This document shows positions 19,247 through 28,652 of a stretch of 64,000 nucleotides of DNA, in pieces (within the stretch, counting starts at the first letter, position 1; each line of letters starts with the position of its first letter). The notes beneath the pieces were generated by a model. The model had not been told where the DNA came from and searched no databases. It saw nothing but the letters and a program-made list of their open reading frames with translations. The translations under genes were made by a program, and so were the position numbers. Source of the DNA: an uncultured Chloroflexia bacterium (GTDB lineage: Bacteria > Chloroflexota > Dehalococcoidia > Dehalococcoidales > UBA2162); the NCBI GenBank assembly GCA_963726225.1, contig CAVSBN010000005.1, forward strand, positions 127,372 to 191,371, in the 5' to 3' direction.

Positions 19247-20164
19247 TCAGGTAACTTCCAGCATCTTATCCACGGCGGCTCGGGCGCGGCGGCGGATTCT
19301 CTCCGGGACTTTTATCTCGTGGGTCATGTTCTCCAGCGACCAGAGGATAGTCTCCAGAGTAATCAGCTTCATTCGGGGGCAGATGGCCTGCTCGGAGGCG
19401 GGAATGAATTTCTTCTCCGGGTTTTCCTTCTGCAACCGGTGGATGATGCCAATCTCCGTCCCCACAATTATCTCCCTGGCATCGGTCTCGCGGGCAAACC
19501 TTATCATGCCGCCGGTGCTCAGCACCGCATCCGCCAGAGCCTTGACTTCGGGTCGGCACTCCGGGTGGACGATGGCCTTAGCCTGGGGGTGCTCAGCCTT
19601 GCGCCGCATAATGTCCTGGGGCAGTATCCGAATATGGGTGGGGCAATACCCCGGCCAGAGAATCATTTTCTTGCCGGTCTGGCTGGCGACATAGCTGCCC
19701 AGGTACTGGTCGGGCACGAAAATAATGTCCTCAACATCAGTCAGCTTTTCCACCAGTCTCACGGCATTGGCGGAGGTGCAGCAGATATCCGACTCCGCCT
19801 TGACTGCGGCCGAGGTGTTGACATAGCAGACCACCGTGGCTCTGGGATATTCCTTCTTTTTCTCGCGCAGGGCCTGGGCGGTAATCATGTTAGCCATCGG
19901 GCAGCCGGCGTGCAAATCCGGTAATAAGACTGTCTTATCGGGGCAGATGATTGAGGCCGTCTCGGCCATGAAGTGGACGCCGCAGAAAACGATAACCTCG
20001 GCATCAGTTTTGGCTGCCTTCTGGCTCAGCTCCAGGGAATCACCAATGAAGTCGGCGATATCCTGAACCTCACCCAGTTGGTAGTTATGCACCAGAATAA
20101 TCGCCTTTTTCTTGGCTTTCAGGTTCAGGATTTTCTCAACTAGTTCGGTATTATCAGTGGCCAT
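19247..20164 (-). CDS. nadA: quinolinate synthase NadA
   Basis: AIILVHNYQ...DFIGDSL...FCGVHFMAET and conserved Cys ligands. 305 aa. Confidence 0.9.
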   Translation of the reverse strand: MATDNTELVEKILNLKAKKKAIILVHNYQLGEVQDIADFIGDSLELSQKAAKTDAEVIVFCGVHFMAETASIICPDKTVLLPDLHAGCPMANMITAQALREKKKEYPRATVVCYVNTSAAVKAESDICCTSANAVRLVEKLTDVEDIIFVPDQYLGSYVASQTGKKMILWPGYCPTHIRILPQDIMRRKAEHPQAKAIVHPECRPEVKALADAVLSTGGMIRFARETDAREIIVGTEIGIIHRLQKENPEKKFIPASEQAICPRMKLITLETILWSLENMTHEIKVPERIRRRARAAVDKMLEVT

Positions 20165-20945
20165 CTTGGCCTATCCTCCAATCGTGGGTATAGGCATTCA
20201 TCCGTTTACCCCGGACGAAGCCGAGGAGGGTTATTCCCAGGTCGTTAGCCAGCTTCACGCCCAGGTTGGTCGGCGCCGATTTAGAGACAATGATGGGCAC
20301 ATTTCGGCGGGCCACCTTGAGCAGGATTTCTGAGGAAATGCGGCCGCTGGTGATAACGATACGGTCATCGGTAGGTATATCTTCCAGAAGGCATTGGCCA
20401 AAGATTTTGTCAATAGCATTGTGCCGACCGATGTCCTCGCTGAAGATGAGGAGGCTCTTGGTATCACACAGGGCGGCGCTATGGACGCCGCCGGTAGCCC
20501 GATAGACCTCTGAGCGATGCTGGAACTCAGCCACCAGGGCTAGAATATCACGAATTGACACCTTAAGGCTGGATTCTATCCGGGCCTGGTTTTGCACATC
20601 AGCGGCACTGTAAAAGGAGGCCCCCCGGCCGCAGCCGGAGCTGATGAATCGCTTGAAGAGCTCGTCAGCCGAAGTTTTGTCCACTGTGGTCTCCACCCGT
20701 GCCACGCCTCTGACTTCGTCCATCACGAGCTTCTTGATGTCATCTTTATCAGTCAGGAGTCCTTCGGAGGCCAGAAAACCGACCGCCAGGTATTTGAGGT
20801 CTTTGGGCGTGCAGAGCAGGGTGACCAGTTCCCGGTCATTCAGGATAATGGTGAGCGGAAACTCGCGGGCGACAATATCCTCCAGGCTGGTTCTGTCTTC
20901 TTCGGTAAGCTTGAGTACCGGGACTCTTTCTATCTCAGTTTCCAT
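20154..20945 (-). CDS. fdhD: formate dehydrogenase accessory sulfurtransferase FdhD
   Basis: SSGCGRGASF and TGGVHSAAL motifs. 263 aa. Confidence 0.85.
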   Translation of the reverse strand: METEIERVPVLKLTEEDRTSLEDIVAREFPLTIILNDRELVTLLCTPKDLKYLAVGFLASEGLLTDKDDIKKLVMDEVRGVARVETTVDKTSADELFKRFISSGCGRGASFYSAADVQNQARIESSLKVSIRDILALVAEFQHRSEVYRATGGVHSAALCDTKSLLIFSEDIGRHNAIDKIFGQCLLEDIPTDDRIVITSGRISSEILLKVARRNVPIIVSKSAPTNLGVKLANDLGITLLGFVRGKRMNAYTHDWRIGQDGH

Positions 20946-21381
20946 CTGATTTGACCTTTATATCGTCGCCGACCCTGACCGTCCCACCGCGAATTACTTT
21001 GGCAAAGACGCCTTCTTTGGGCATGACGCACTTGCCGACCTGTCGGAAGATGGCGCAGCCGGTGTGGCATTCCTTGCCAATCTGGCTGATTTCCAGAATG
21101 ACCTCATCACCAACACAAAGCTCGGTGCCTACGGGCAGGGAGAGGAGTTCGATGTCTTCTGTGGTCAGATTTTCGGCAAAATCCCCCGGGCCAACTTCGT
21201 AGCCCAGCCGGCGCATCTTGTTAATGCTTTCCATGGCGAGCAGACTCACCTGGCGATGGGTCGTGCAATCGGCGTGGGCATCACCGGCCAGACCATAGTC
21301 CTGCTGAATGTAACCCTCGGCGATGGGTTCTTTTCTCGTTCCCTTCTTCTCACTCCAGCAGACGGCGATAATCCTGGCCAT
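20935..21381 (-). CDS. MOSC domain-containing protein
   Basis: 148 aa with a GDAHA....RQVSLL pattern and beta-barrel-like sequence typical of MOSC. Confidence 0.7.
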   Translation of the reverse strand: MARIIAVCWSEKKGTRKEPIAEGYIQQDYGLAGDAHADCTTHRQVSLLAMESINKMRRLGYEVGPGDFAENLTTEDIELLSLPVGTELCVGDEVILEISQIGKECHTGCAIFRQVGKCVMPKEGVFAKVIRGGTVRVGDDIKVKSDGN

Positions 21382-21384
21382 ATT

Positions 21385-22485
21385 CTACTCCTCAGCTCTC
21401 TCAATGGTACCACCACCGACGACAATATCATCCTGGTAAAAGACTACCGCTTGGCCGGGAGTGATAGCCAGTTGTGGCTCTGTGAACTTGACATAAACCC
21501 TGCCTTCACTCAGCGGTGTCGCCGTGGCCTCAGCCTCCCGGTGCCGGTATCTGATTCTGGCTTTGACTTCAATCGGTTGCTCCAATTTCTCAATCGCTAT
21601 CCAGTTCACTCCCGAGGCAATGAGTTTGTCTTGGTAGACTGCCTCCTTACTACCCACGATAATAGCATTTTTCTCTCGGTCAATGCCAATAACATAGAGT
21701 GGTTCAGGGCGGGAGAGGCGCAGTCCTTTGCGCTGTCCGATGGTATAATAAGAAATGCCGCGGTGCTCTCCTAGCTTATTGCCCTGCTTATCCAGTATTG
21801 GCCCCGGCGGCGTTGCCGGCAGTAGAGAAGAATAGCCACCGGCGGCAAAGTCCTGACTCTCCGGCTTATTGGCTACCGGCAAGCCAAAATCAGCCGCCAT
21901 CTGCCTTACTTCTGCCTTGGTGTAATTGCCCAGCGGAAAGATGGCCCGGCCGAGCTGTTCCTGAGTCAGAAAAGCCAGAAAGTAAGACTGGTCTTTGTTT
22001 AAGTCCCTCGCTTTTTTCAACAGGTAGCGATTCTTCGCCTGATTATATTCTACCCGAGCGTAGTGGCCGGTGGCAAAATAATCAAAATCCAGGCCGCTTT
22101 CTTTCGTCTTTTTGACCAGGGCGTCAAACTTGACCCGGCGGTTACACCTGAGGCAGGGATTAGGTGTTCTCCCTGAGAGATACTCCTGACAGAAGTAGTC
22201 CAGGACTTGGGCTTTGTATTCCCGTGTCAGGTCAATGACATGAATGGGGATGCCGAGCGCCTGGGCTACCCGGCGGGCATCCTCGATGTCCTCTTCTTCC
22301 CCCGGGCCGTAGCAAGCGTGGCGTGACCTTTTGGCTGGTGAGGCTTGGCCGGCCCATATCTTCATGGTGACTGCGGCGACCTGATAGCCCTGCTTTTTAA
22401 GGAGAGCCGCCGCCACCGAGGAATCCACCCCACCACTCATAGCCACCATGACTTTTATAGCGTCTGGTTTCTTACCAGTCAGCAT
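21385..22485 (-). CDS. mnmA: tRNA-specific 2-thiouridylase MnmA
   Basis: PP-loop VAMSGGVDSSVAA, catalytic Cys context NPCLRCN. 366 aa. Confidence 0.9.
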   Translation of the reverse strand: MLTGKKPDAIKVMVAMSGGVDSSVAAALLKKQGYQVAAVTMKIWAGQASPAKRSRHACYGPGEEEDIEDARRVAQALGIPIHVIDLTREYKAQVLDYFCQEYLSGRTPNPCLRCNRRVKFDALVKKTKESGLDFDYFATGHYARVEYNQAKNRYLLKKARDLNKDQSYFLAFLTQEQLGRAIFPLGNYTKAEVRQMAADFGLPVANKPESQDFAAGGYSSLLPATPPGPILDKQGNKLGEHRGISYYTIGQRKGLRLSRPEPLYVIGIDREKNAIIVGSKEAVYQDKLIASGVNWIAIEKLEQPIEVKARIRYRHREAEATATPLSEGRVYVKFTEPQLAITPGQAVVFYQDDIVVGGGTIERAEE

Positions 22486-22522
22486 AGAAGGGCTCCGCCC
22501 CTCTTAGACTCCCTGATAATTA

Positions 22523-22930
22523 TCATTTTTGTCCGGCGTTCCCCAGCTTCTGGTGTTCCTTGCGCATGCATTTGTCCATTACCACCAGCAGTCCGGCTTC
22601 TCTGGCCTGAGCGGCGGCTGCTTCATTGACGATGCCTTCCTGCATCCAGACTGCCTTGGCCCCAATCTTGATGGCCTGCTCCACAATAGCCGGTACCTCT
22701 TCAGGTCGGCGGAAGACATCAACCACATCCACCGGTTCGGGGATGGAGTAAAGGTCGGGGTAGGCGACCTCATCCAATACTGCGTTCTCTCTAGGATTAA
22801 CCGGGATTATCCGGTAACCATGTTCCTTCAAGTAACTGGCGACTTGGTAGCTGGGTCGTTCGGGGTTTGATGACAGTCCGACTACCGCTACTACTCGACC
22901 GGACTTTAGTATATCGGCTTCGATACTCAC
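22523..22930 (-). CDS. CoA-binding domain protein (YccU/YneT-like)
   Basis: VAVVGLSSNPERPSY.V..YL...GY.IIPVNP pattern. 135 aa. Confidence 0.75.
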   Translation of the reverse strand: MSIEADILKSGRVVAVVGLSSNPERPSYQVASYLKEHGYRIIPVNPRENAVLDEVAYPDLYSIPEPVDVVDVFRRPEEVPAIVEQAIKIGAKAVWMQEGIVNEAAAAQAREAGLLVVMDKCMRKEHQKLGNAGQK

Positions 22931-24003
22931 TTCAGCTCCATGGCTTGATATTGGGCCAGGGCATCGTAAAAGGCCTTCCAGAAGGGGTCAACAATGGGGT
23001 GCTCCAGCTTCTTCTCTTTTCCGCCCTCGACCAGAACCATTCCCTCTTCTGGCTCGGTCAGCTCGCCAACAATAGAGGACTTGATACCCTTGCTGGCTAA
23101 AGCGTCCACTACCTGTTTAGCTTTTTGTTCGCGGCAGGAGATGATTAGAGTTCCTTCACTGATAGAAGCGTAGGGGTCGATGCCAAAGTACCGGCATATC
23201 TCGGTGACGCAGTCCTCCACCACAATCTTCTCCTTTTCTATTCTTACCCCCAGACCGGCGGCCTGAGCTATTTCGTACAATCCTCCCCAGATGCCGCACT
23301 CGGTAGCATCATGCATCGCGGTCACCCCGTTTTCTCTCACGCCAACGCTGACGGCGGTCATGGCGTCCTCGACCACTGACATCTGGTAAAAAATCTGCTG
23401 TGCTTTCTGGCTGAAGTCATGCCCGAACTCTCTCTCGATAAGCCGCGGAAACATCGTGGCGAAGATACCGGTGGCCTCAATCGCTGGCCCTTTGGTGATG
23501 ATTATCTTGTTACCGGCTTTTGCCATCCGTGGGGTGACATATTCGTCCTTCTCGCCGATGCCAACAACAGTTGCCCCGCCTACCATCGGGTAGTGGCAAT
23601 TCTCATATCGGGCGGTATGGCCAGTAATGACGGCGATACCCAGGCGCTGGCACTCCCGGTGCATGGTGTCCCACATTATCTCCAGTTGCTTCTTGGTCAT
23701 CTCCATGGGCAGATTCAAATCTATAGCCAGAAACTTGGGCTTCAGTCCGGAGGTCACGGAATCAGAGGCAAGAATGTGGATGGCAAACCAGGCCGCCCTT
23801 TCCCAGCCATACTCGGGGACGATGAAAACCGGGTCGCAGGTGAAGGATACTGCCTCGCCGCCGATTTCCACGATACCCACATCCACCCCATGCTGAGGCC
23901 CTACCAAGATACTCTCATTCTTTGCCCCCAGCCGCGGGAAAATTAGTTCGTTGAAGATTTCAGGTGATATTTTGCCAATTGCCGGTATCTCGCTCATTTC
24001 CAA
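22927..24003 (-). CDS. AIR synthase-related protein (PurM/SelD/HypE/ThiL superfamily)
   Basis: 358 aa. N-terminal ...GPQHGVDVGIVEIGGEAVSFTCDP... and C-terminal PurM-like domain organisation. Confidence 0.65.
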   Translation of the reverse strand: MEMSEIPAIGKISPEIFNELIFPRLGAKNESILVGPQHGVDVGIVEIGGEAVSFTCDPVFIVPEYGWERAAWFAIHILASDSVTSGLKPKFLAIDLNLPMEMTKKQLEIMWDTMHRECQRLGIAVITGHTARYENCHYPMVGGATVVGIGEKDEYVTPRMAKAGNKIIITKGPAIEATGIFATMFPRLIEREFGHDFSQKAQQIFYQMSVVEDAMTAVSVGVRENGVTAMHDATECGIWGGLYEIAQAAGLGVRIEKEKIVVEDCVTEICRYFGIDPYASISEGTLIISCREQKAKQVVDALASKGIKSSIVGELTEPEEGMVLVEGGKEKKLEHPIVDPFWKAFYDALAQYQAMELK

Positions 24004-24013
24004 TTGTCCGTTT

Positions 24014-25183
24014 CTATCGCTTTTTCAGTAATGGGGACATTGCCCTCAATTTCTCAATTACCCGGGGCAATACTTCCAGGACGCGCTCTATATCCTCTTC
24101 GGTCGTCCATTTCCCCAGGGTGAATCTCAATGAGCCATGTGCCTGCTGGGGCGGCAGACCTATGGCCAGCAGCACATGGGATGGCTCGGCGCTGGACGAA
24201 CTGCAGGCGGAGCCGGTGGAAGCGCAGATGCCTTCCAGGTCGAGGTTCAGGCACATTGACTCCCCTTCCACATACTCCACGCTGATATTGACATTGTTGG
24301 GCAGTCGTCTGGTGGGGTGACCGTTAAGTTGAGTGTGTTCAATGCGTTCCAGAAGATTTTTAGTCAGCTTGTCCCGCAGTAAGGTCAGCCGCCGGGCTTC
24401 CTCATCTATTTCCGGCTTGGCCAGTTCGGCGGCTTTGCCCAGGCCGACGATGCCGGGCACATTCTCGGTGCTGGCGCGTCGGCGCCTCTCCTGCTCGCCA
24501 CCGTGAAGGAGCGAGACTATTTTGGTGCCTTTTCTGATAAACAGGGCACCAACGCCCTTGGGCCCGCAGAGCTTATGGGCGGACATCGCCAGCAGGTCAA
24601 CACCCAGTTCGTTCACATTCACCGGGATGTGCCCGACTGTCTGTACGGCGTCGGTGTGGAAATAGACACCGGCCTCTCTGGTAATCCGGCCGATTTCAGC
24701 GATGGGCTCAATAGTACCTACCTCATTATTGGCGTGCATCACTGAGACCAGGATGGTCTTACTCGTGATGGCCTTCTTGACATCAGACGGGTCAACTAAA
24801 CCATACTTGTCCACGGGCAGGTAGGTCACCCGGAAGCCCCTCTGTTCCAGGAATTTGGCCGATTCCAGAACGGCGTGATGTTCAAGAGTGCTGGTGATGA
24901 TGTGGTTGCATCTTGGCCTCGTTGGCGAAAGCTACGCCCTTCAGGGCGAAGTTATCGGCTTCCGTGCCGCCGCTGGTAAAGACAATTTCGTCGCTTCGGG
25001 CGCCGATGAGCCGGGCAACCTGCGCCCGGGCATTCTCAATGGCTTCTTTGGCTTCCTGCCCGTAGGAGTAGATGCTGGATGGGTTGCCGAACACTCAGTA
25101 AAGTAGGGCAACATTGCTTTGACGACTTCAGGGTGAGTCGGCGTGGTGGCGGCATAATCAAGGTAGATTCGTTTCATGCTCAT
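24014..25183 (-). CDS. class V aminotransferase / cysteine desulfurase (NifS/IscS-like); two compensating frame breaks (about 25095 and 24895)
   Basis: Three pieces read consecutively: [28 protein letters not shown] / [31 protein letters not shown]...[15 protein letters not shown] / [13 protein letters not shown]...[10 protein letters not shown]...SGSACSS. The first and last pieces are in the same frame. Confidence 0.8.
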
Positions 25184-25329
25184 TCCTCTACTTTCTCGGC
25201 CATTTTGGCTCCCTCTACCTTTCTGGCGATATTATAGCATGAGCCAATCTCTCTGGGTGAATGGCTCAAAGATGGGCGAAGCCTATCTAGCGCCCCCTTC
25301 TTTATGGTTATCCTAGTGGCCTGAGACCT

Positions 25330-25800
25330 TTAGGCAGTTTTTACCGGTAATCTGAGCAACACCAGCCCGGTGAGGCCGAGGGCAATGCCGGTGACAACCA
25401 TAAAGGCACCAGCACCTAAGACTACCTGGACAAGGCCGAAGGCAGTGACGGCGAGGTACAGGTAGTTCTCCAGGTTCATCGCCTGCGCATACCTGAGTTG
25501 TGTGGGGTTGGTGGGGTCAAAGCCTTTTCCAGCCGTTAAGTCCTGGTATGTCGGAGCTATGGCGCGCCGGTGCGAACTGATGATATCGGCCGCTCCTTGT
25601 GCCTGTGCCGCATTTTGAATCTGGGTGCGTGTGCTGGGGTCGTTGGGGTCGAGAGCCAGACTCACCTTTTCAACTTGCATTCTCTCTACTATCAGGTTGT
25701 TCTTGCTGAAGCCCTGGAAAACAAATATCGCGCCGATGACAATGGCGAGCACACCCAGTGCCATTATCACTGCCCCTGCAATTCGTCCTAATCTTCCCAT
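25330..25800 (-). CDS. hypothetical membrane protein (N- and C-terminal TM helices)
   Basis: 156-aa ORF with a hydrophobic N-terminus and two C-terminal helices. No recognised motif. Confidence 0.45.
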   Translation of the reverse strand: MGRLGRIAGAVIMALGVLAIVIGAIFVFQGFSKNNLIVERMQVEKVSLALDPNDPSTRTQIQNAAQAQGAADIISSHRRAIAPTYQDLTAGKGFDPTNPTQLRYAQAMNLENYLYLAVTAFGLVQVVLGAGAFMVVTGIALGLTGLVLLRLPVKTA

Positions 25801-25879
25801 TTTGTTCTCCTTCCTTTCCTCTTGGATTTTTAGGTTTTGCCTGTATCAGGCAAAGAATCCTGTTTACTTCCTATTTCTG

Positions 25880-26923
25880 TTACCGCCTCACTCTATCTCC
25901 CCCTGTTCTTATATTGTCGTTGGGTTCTGAGTAGACCTCCTGGAAAAGCCATGTGGAGAGGTAACGCTCGCCGGTGTCGGGTAAGACCACCACGATAAGC
26001 TTGCCGGCGTTGGCGGGTCTCCTGGCGACTTCCAGAGCGGCCCAGGTCGCGGCCCCGGAAGAGATACCAGCCAGTATGCCCTCCTCTTTAGCCAGTCGGC
26101 GGGCCATCGTGCCGGCATCCTCGTTGGTCACCTTGATAATCTCATCAACCAGGTCCAGCCTCAGCACATCAGGGATAAAACCGGCGCCAATACCCTGTAT
26201 TTTGTGCGGGCCAGGCTGGCCGCCGGAAAGAACGGGCGAATTGGCCGGTTCAACGGCGATGGCTTTGAATTCCGGCTTCCTCTTCTTGAGCACCTCGGCC
26301 ACGCCGGTAATCGTGCCACCCGTCCCGACGCCAGCAACGAGTATGTCCACCCGACCCCCGGTGTCCCGCCAGATTTCCTCGGCGGTAGTCAGGCGGTGTA
26401 TTTCAGGATTGGCCGGATTCTTGAACTGCTGCAGCAACAGGTAGTTGGGATTTTCGGCCACCAGTTGCTCCGCTCGACGCACCGCGCCGGGCATACCTTC
26501 GGCCCCCGGAGTCAGCACCAGTTGCGCCCCCAGAACTGAAAGCAGTTGCCGGCGCTCCATAGACATGGTGTCCGGCATGGTGAGGATTAGCTTGTAGCCG
26601 CGGGCGGCGCAGACAAAAGCCAGGGCGATGCCGGTATTGCCGCTGGTCGGTTCAACGATGACCGTATCCTTCTTGATAAGCCCCTTCTCTTCCGCCGTGA
26701 CAATCATGGAAACGCCAATCCGGTCCTTGACACTGCCCAGAGGATTAAAGGACTCCAGCTTAGCCACCACCTCCGCCTCGGCTCCGTCGGTGATGCGGTT
26801 CAATCTGACCAGTGGCGTATTGCCAATTAGCTCGGTGGAGTCCTTGGCAATGCCCCGGGTCAATTTTGGGAGCTCTATCGTCTTATACTTCAGTTTCTCG
26901 ATTGGCTGAGTTGTTTTGACCAT
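25880..26923 (-). CDS. cysK: cysteine synthase A (O-acetylserine sulfhydrylase)
   Basis: [20 protein letters not shown] (PLP lysine), GTGGTITG. Has N- and C-terminal extensions relative to typical CysK. Confidence 0.85.
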   Translation of the reverse strand: MVKTTQPIEKLKYKTIELPKLTRGIAKDSTELIGNTPLVRLNRITDGAEAEVVAKLESFNPLGSVKDRIGVSMIVTAEEKGLIKKDTVIVEPTSGNTGIALAFVCAARGYKLILTMPDTMSMERRQLLSVLGAQLVLTPGAEGMPGAVRRAEQLVAENPNYLLLQQFKNPANPEIHRLTTAEEIWRDTGGRVDILVAGVGTGGTITGVAEVLKKRKPEFKAIAVEPANSPVLSGGQPGPHKIQGIGAGFIPDVLRLDLVDEIIKVTNEDAGTMARRLAKEEGILAGISSGAATWAALEVARRPANAGKLIVVVLPDTGERYLSTWLFQEVYSEPNDNIRTGGDRVRR

Positions 26924-26947
26924 TTCTCGTTCTCCCTCTTGATAACC

Positions 26948-27391
26948 CTATATGTAATACATGCCATCGGCCGTCGGCTCCTTGGTTTTTTGCCGCTCAA
27001 CCAGGTCCTGTAAAGTAGTCGATTCCAGTACGCCGTTCATGGCTTCTTTCATTTCTGTCCAGATGTCACGGGTCACACAGAAGGCAGAGCGTGGGCAGTA
27101 CTTCGGGTCGTCAACGCACTCAACCGGTGCCAGTGAACCCTCCAGGAGTAGCACGATTTCACTCAGTTTTATCTCGTGGGGAGGTCTGGCCAGCCAGACG
27201 CCGCCCTTGGCCCCCCGTATGCTTCGGACGATGCCGGCGGTGATGAGGGGTGTGATGAGATGCTCCAGGTACATGGTAGAAATTTGTTGCCTCCGGGCGA
27301 TGTCTCGGAGCAGGACGGGCTTGTCTTTGCCATTAAGCGCGATATCCAGGAGTGCCCGGGTGCCGTAACGAGCTCTGGTTGATAGCTTCAT
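26948..27391 (-). CDS. Rrf2-family transcriptional regulator (IscR/CymR-like, 3-Cys cluster ligands)
   Basis: MKLSTRARYGTRALLDIA... winged HTH, and CVDDPKYCPRSAFC spacing (C-x7-C-x5-C). ATG 27391 is preferred to the track start 27433. Confidence 0.8.
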   Translation of the reverse strand: MKLSTRARYGTRALLDIALNGKDKPVLLRDIARRQQISTMYLEHLITPLITAGIVRSIRGAKGGVWLARPPHEIKLSEIVLLLEGSLAPVECVDDPKYCPRSAFCVTRDIWTEMKEAMNGVLESTTLQDLVERQKTKEPTADGMYYI

Positions 27392-27424
27392 AAGACAACC
27401 TTTGTTGATAAAGTTGATGATTTT

Positions 27425-27453
27425 AATATACATTATCGGGCAAGTGTTGTCAA
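27425..27453 (-). promoter_or_regulatory. sigma-70-type promoter of the Rrf2-cysK unit
   Basis: On the minus strand: TTGACA, 17 nt, TATATT. Followed by ATCAACTTTATCAAC, a direct repeat of ATCAAC. Confidence 0.5.
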
Positions 27454-27504
27454 CAGGTTGGCGCGGGGAATTTGGAAAGTGTCTGTCGTTTTGTGACGGG
27501 CGGG

Positions 27505-28555
27505 TTATTTGACGGTGACTTTTCCCCTGGGTTGGCTGACGACCTCGCCGATGATGGCCGCATCTTTGATACCGGCTCGGTGTAGCTTCTCAAGTAGCCT
27601 GGCCGCTTTGCCCGGGGCCAGGGAAATCAGCAGGCCGCCCGATGTTTGCGGGTCGAAGAGGATGTCCTGTATATGCTCCGGCACTTGAGGGGCTATTTTT
27701 ACACAGGCCGAATAGAAGTCGCGATTGCGGTGCAAGCCGCCGGGACAGAAACCGCGCTGGGCCAATTTGCTGGCTTCCGGGAACAAAGGAACGGCGGCTA
27801 GGGCAATCTTAATGCCAACCCGGCTGTTCTGAGCCAGCTGGACAGTATGCCCCAGGAAGCCAAAGCCGGTAATATCCGTGCAGGCATGAACGCCGATTGC
27901 CAGCATCAGCTCGGCGGCTTTGTTATTGAGCCGGGCCATGCTCTGGCTGACCCTGGCGATGGCCTTCTTATTAACGGCTTTAGCTTTCAGCGCCGTGGTG
28001 ATAATGCCGGTCCCGAGTGGCTTGGTCAGGATGAGTTTGTCTCCAGGTTTGGCTCCGGAGTTGGTGATTAGTCGTCTTCGGATGTACTACCCCGGTAACG
28101 GAAAGGCCGTACTTCAACTCGGTGTCATCGATGCTGTGCCCGCCGACCAGTGCCACCTTAGCCTCGTTCATCTTGTCCAGCCCACCCCGGAGGATGTCCT
28201 TCAAGACCGAGATGGGCAGGGACTTGGTCGGAAAGCAGACCAGGTTCATGGCGGTTAGCGGCTTGGCGCCCATGGTGTAGACATCACTCAGGGCGTTGGC
28301 CGCGGCAATCTGACCGAAGGTGTAGGGGTCGTCGACCACCGGCGTGAAAAAGTCCACCGTCTGGACGATGGCCAGGTCATCACTCAGCTTATAGACGCCG
28401 GCATTGTCCATATTCTCGACGCCCCGGATGATATTCGGGTCGGATATTAGCGGCAGGCCGCATAGAGCTTCATCCAGGTCCCCCGGACCCAGTTTGGAAG
28501 CTCAACCGGCGGCGCGGACGCTCTCGGTGAGGCGCGGTTCCTTTCTTTTCTCCAT
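27505..28555 (-). CDS. selD: selenide, water dikinase SelD, Sec-containing (UGA at 28504-28502); one frame break near 28076-28080
   Basis: The frame from ATG 28555 reads [33 protein letters not shown]...MDNAGVY, continuous with ORF 27980-28411. The TGA falls at the catalytic G(C/U)xxK position. Downstream the frame switches: ...VVHPK / [24 protein letters not shown]..., joining ORF 27505-27939. Confidence 0.85.
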
Positions 28556-28596
28556 CTCTCCTCCGTGGTAAAGCTGGAACAATCCAAGCTCAACCT

Positions 28597-28625
28597 ATTT
28601 TAGCATGTGTCACGAAAGGGGGCAA
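28597..28625 (-). promoter_or_regulatory. putative selD promoter
   Basis: On the minus strand: TTGCCC, 17 nt, TGC-TAAAAT (extended -10). Confidence 0.4.
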
Positions 28626-28652
28626 AAAACTGAATTACCGAGATTCTTTATG

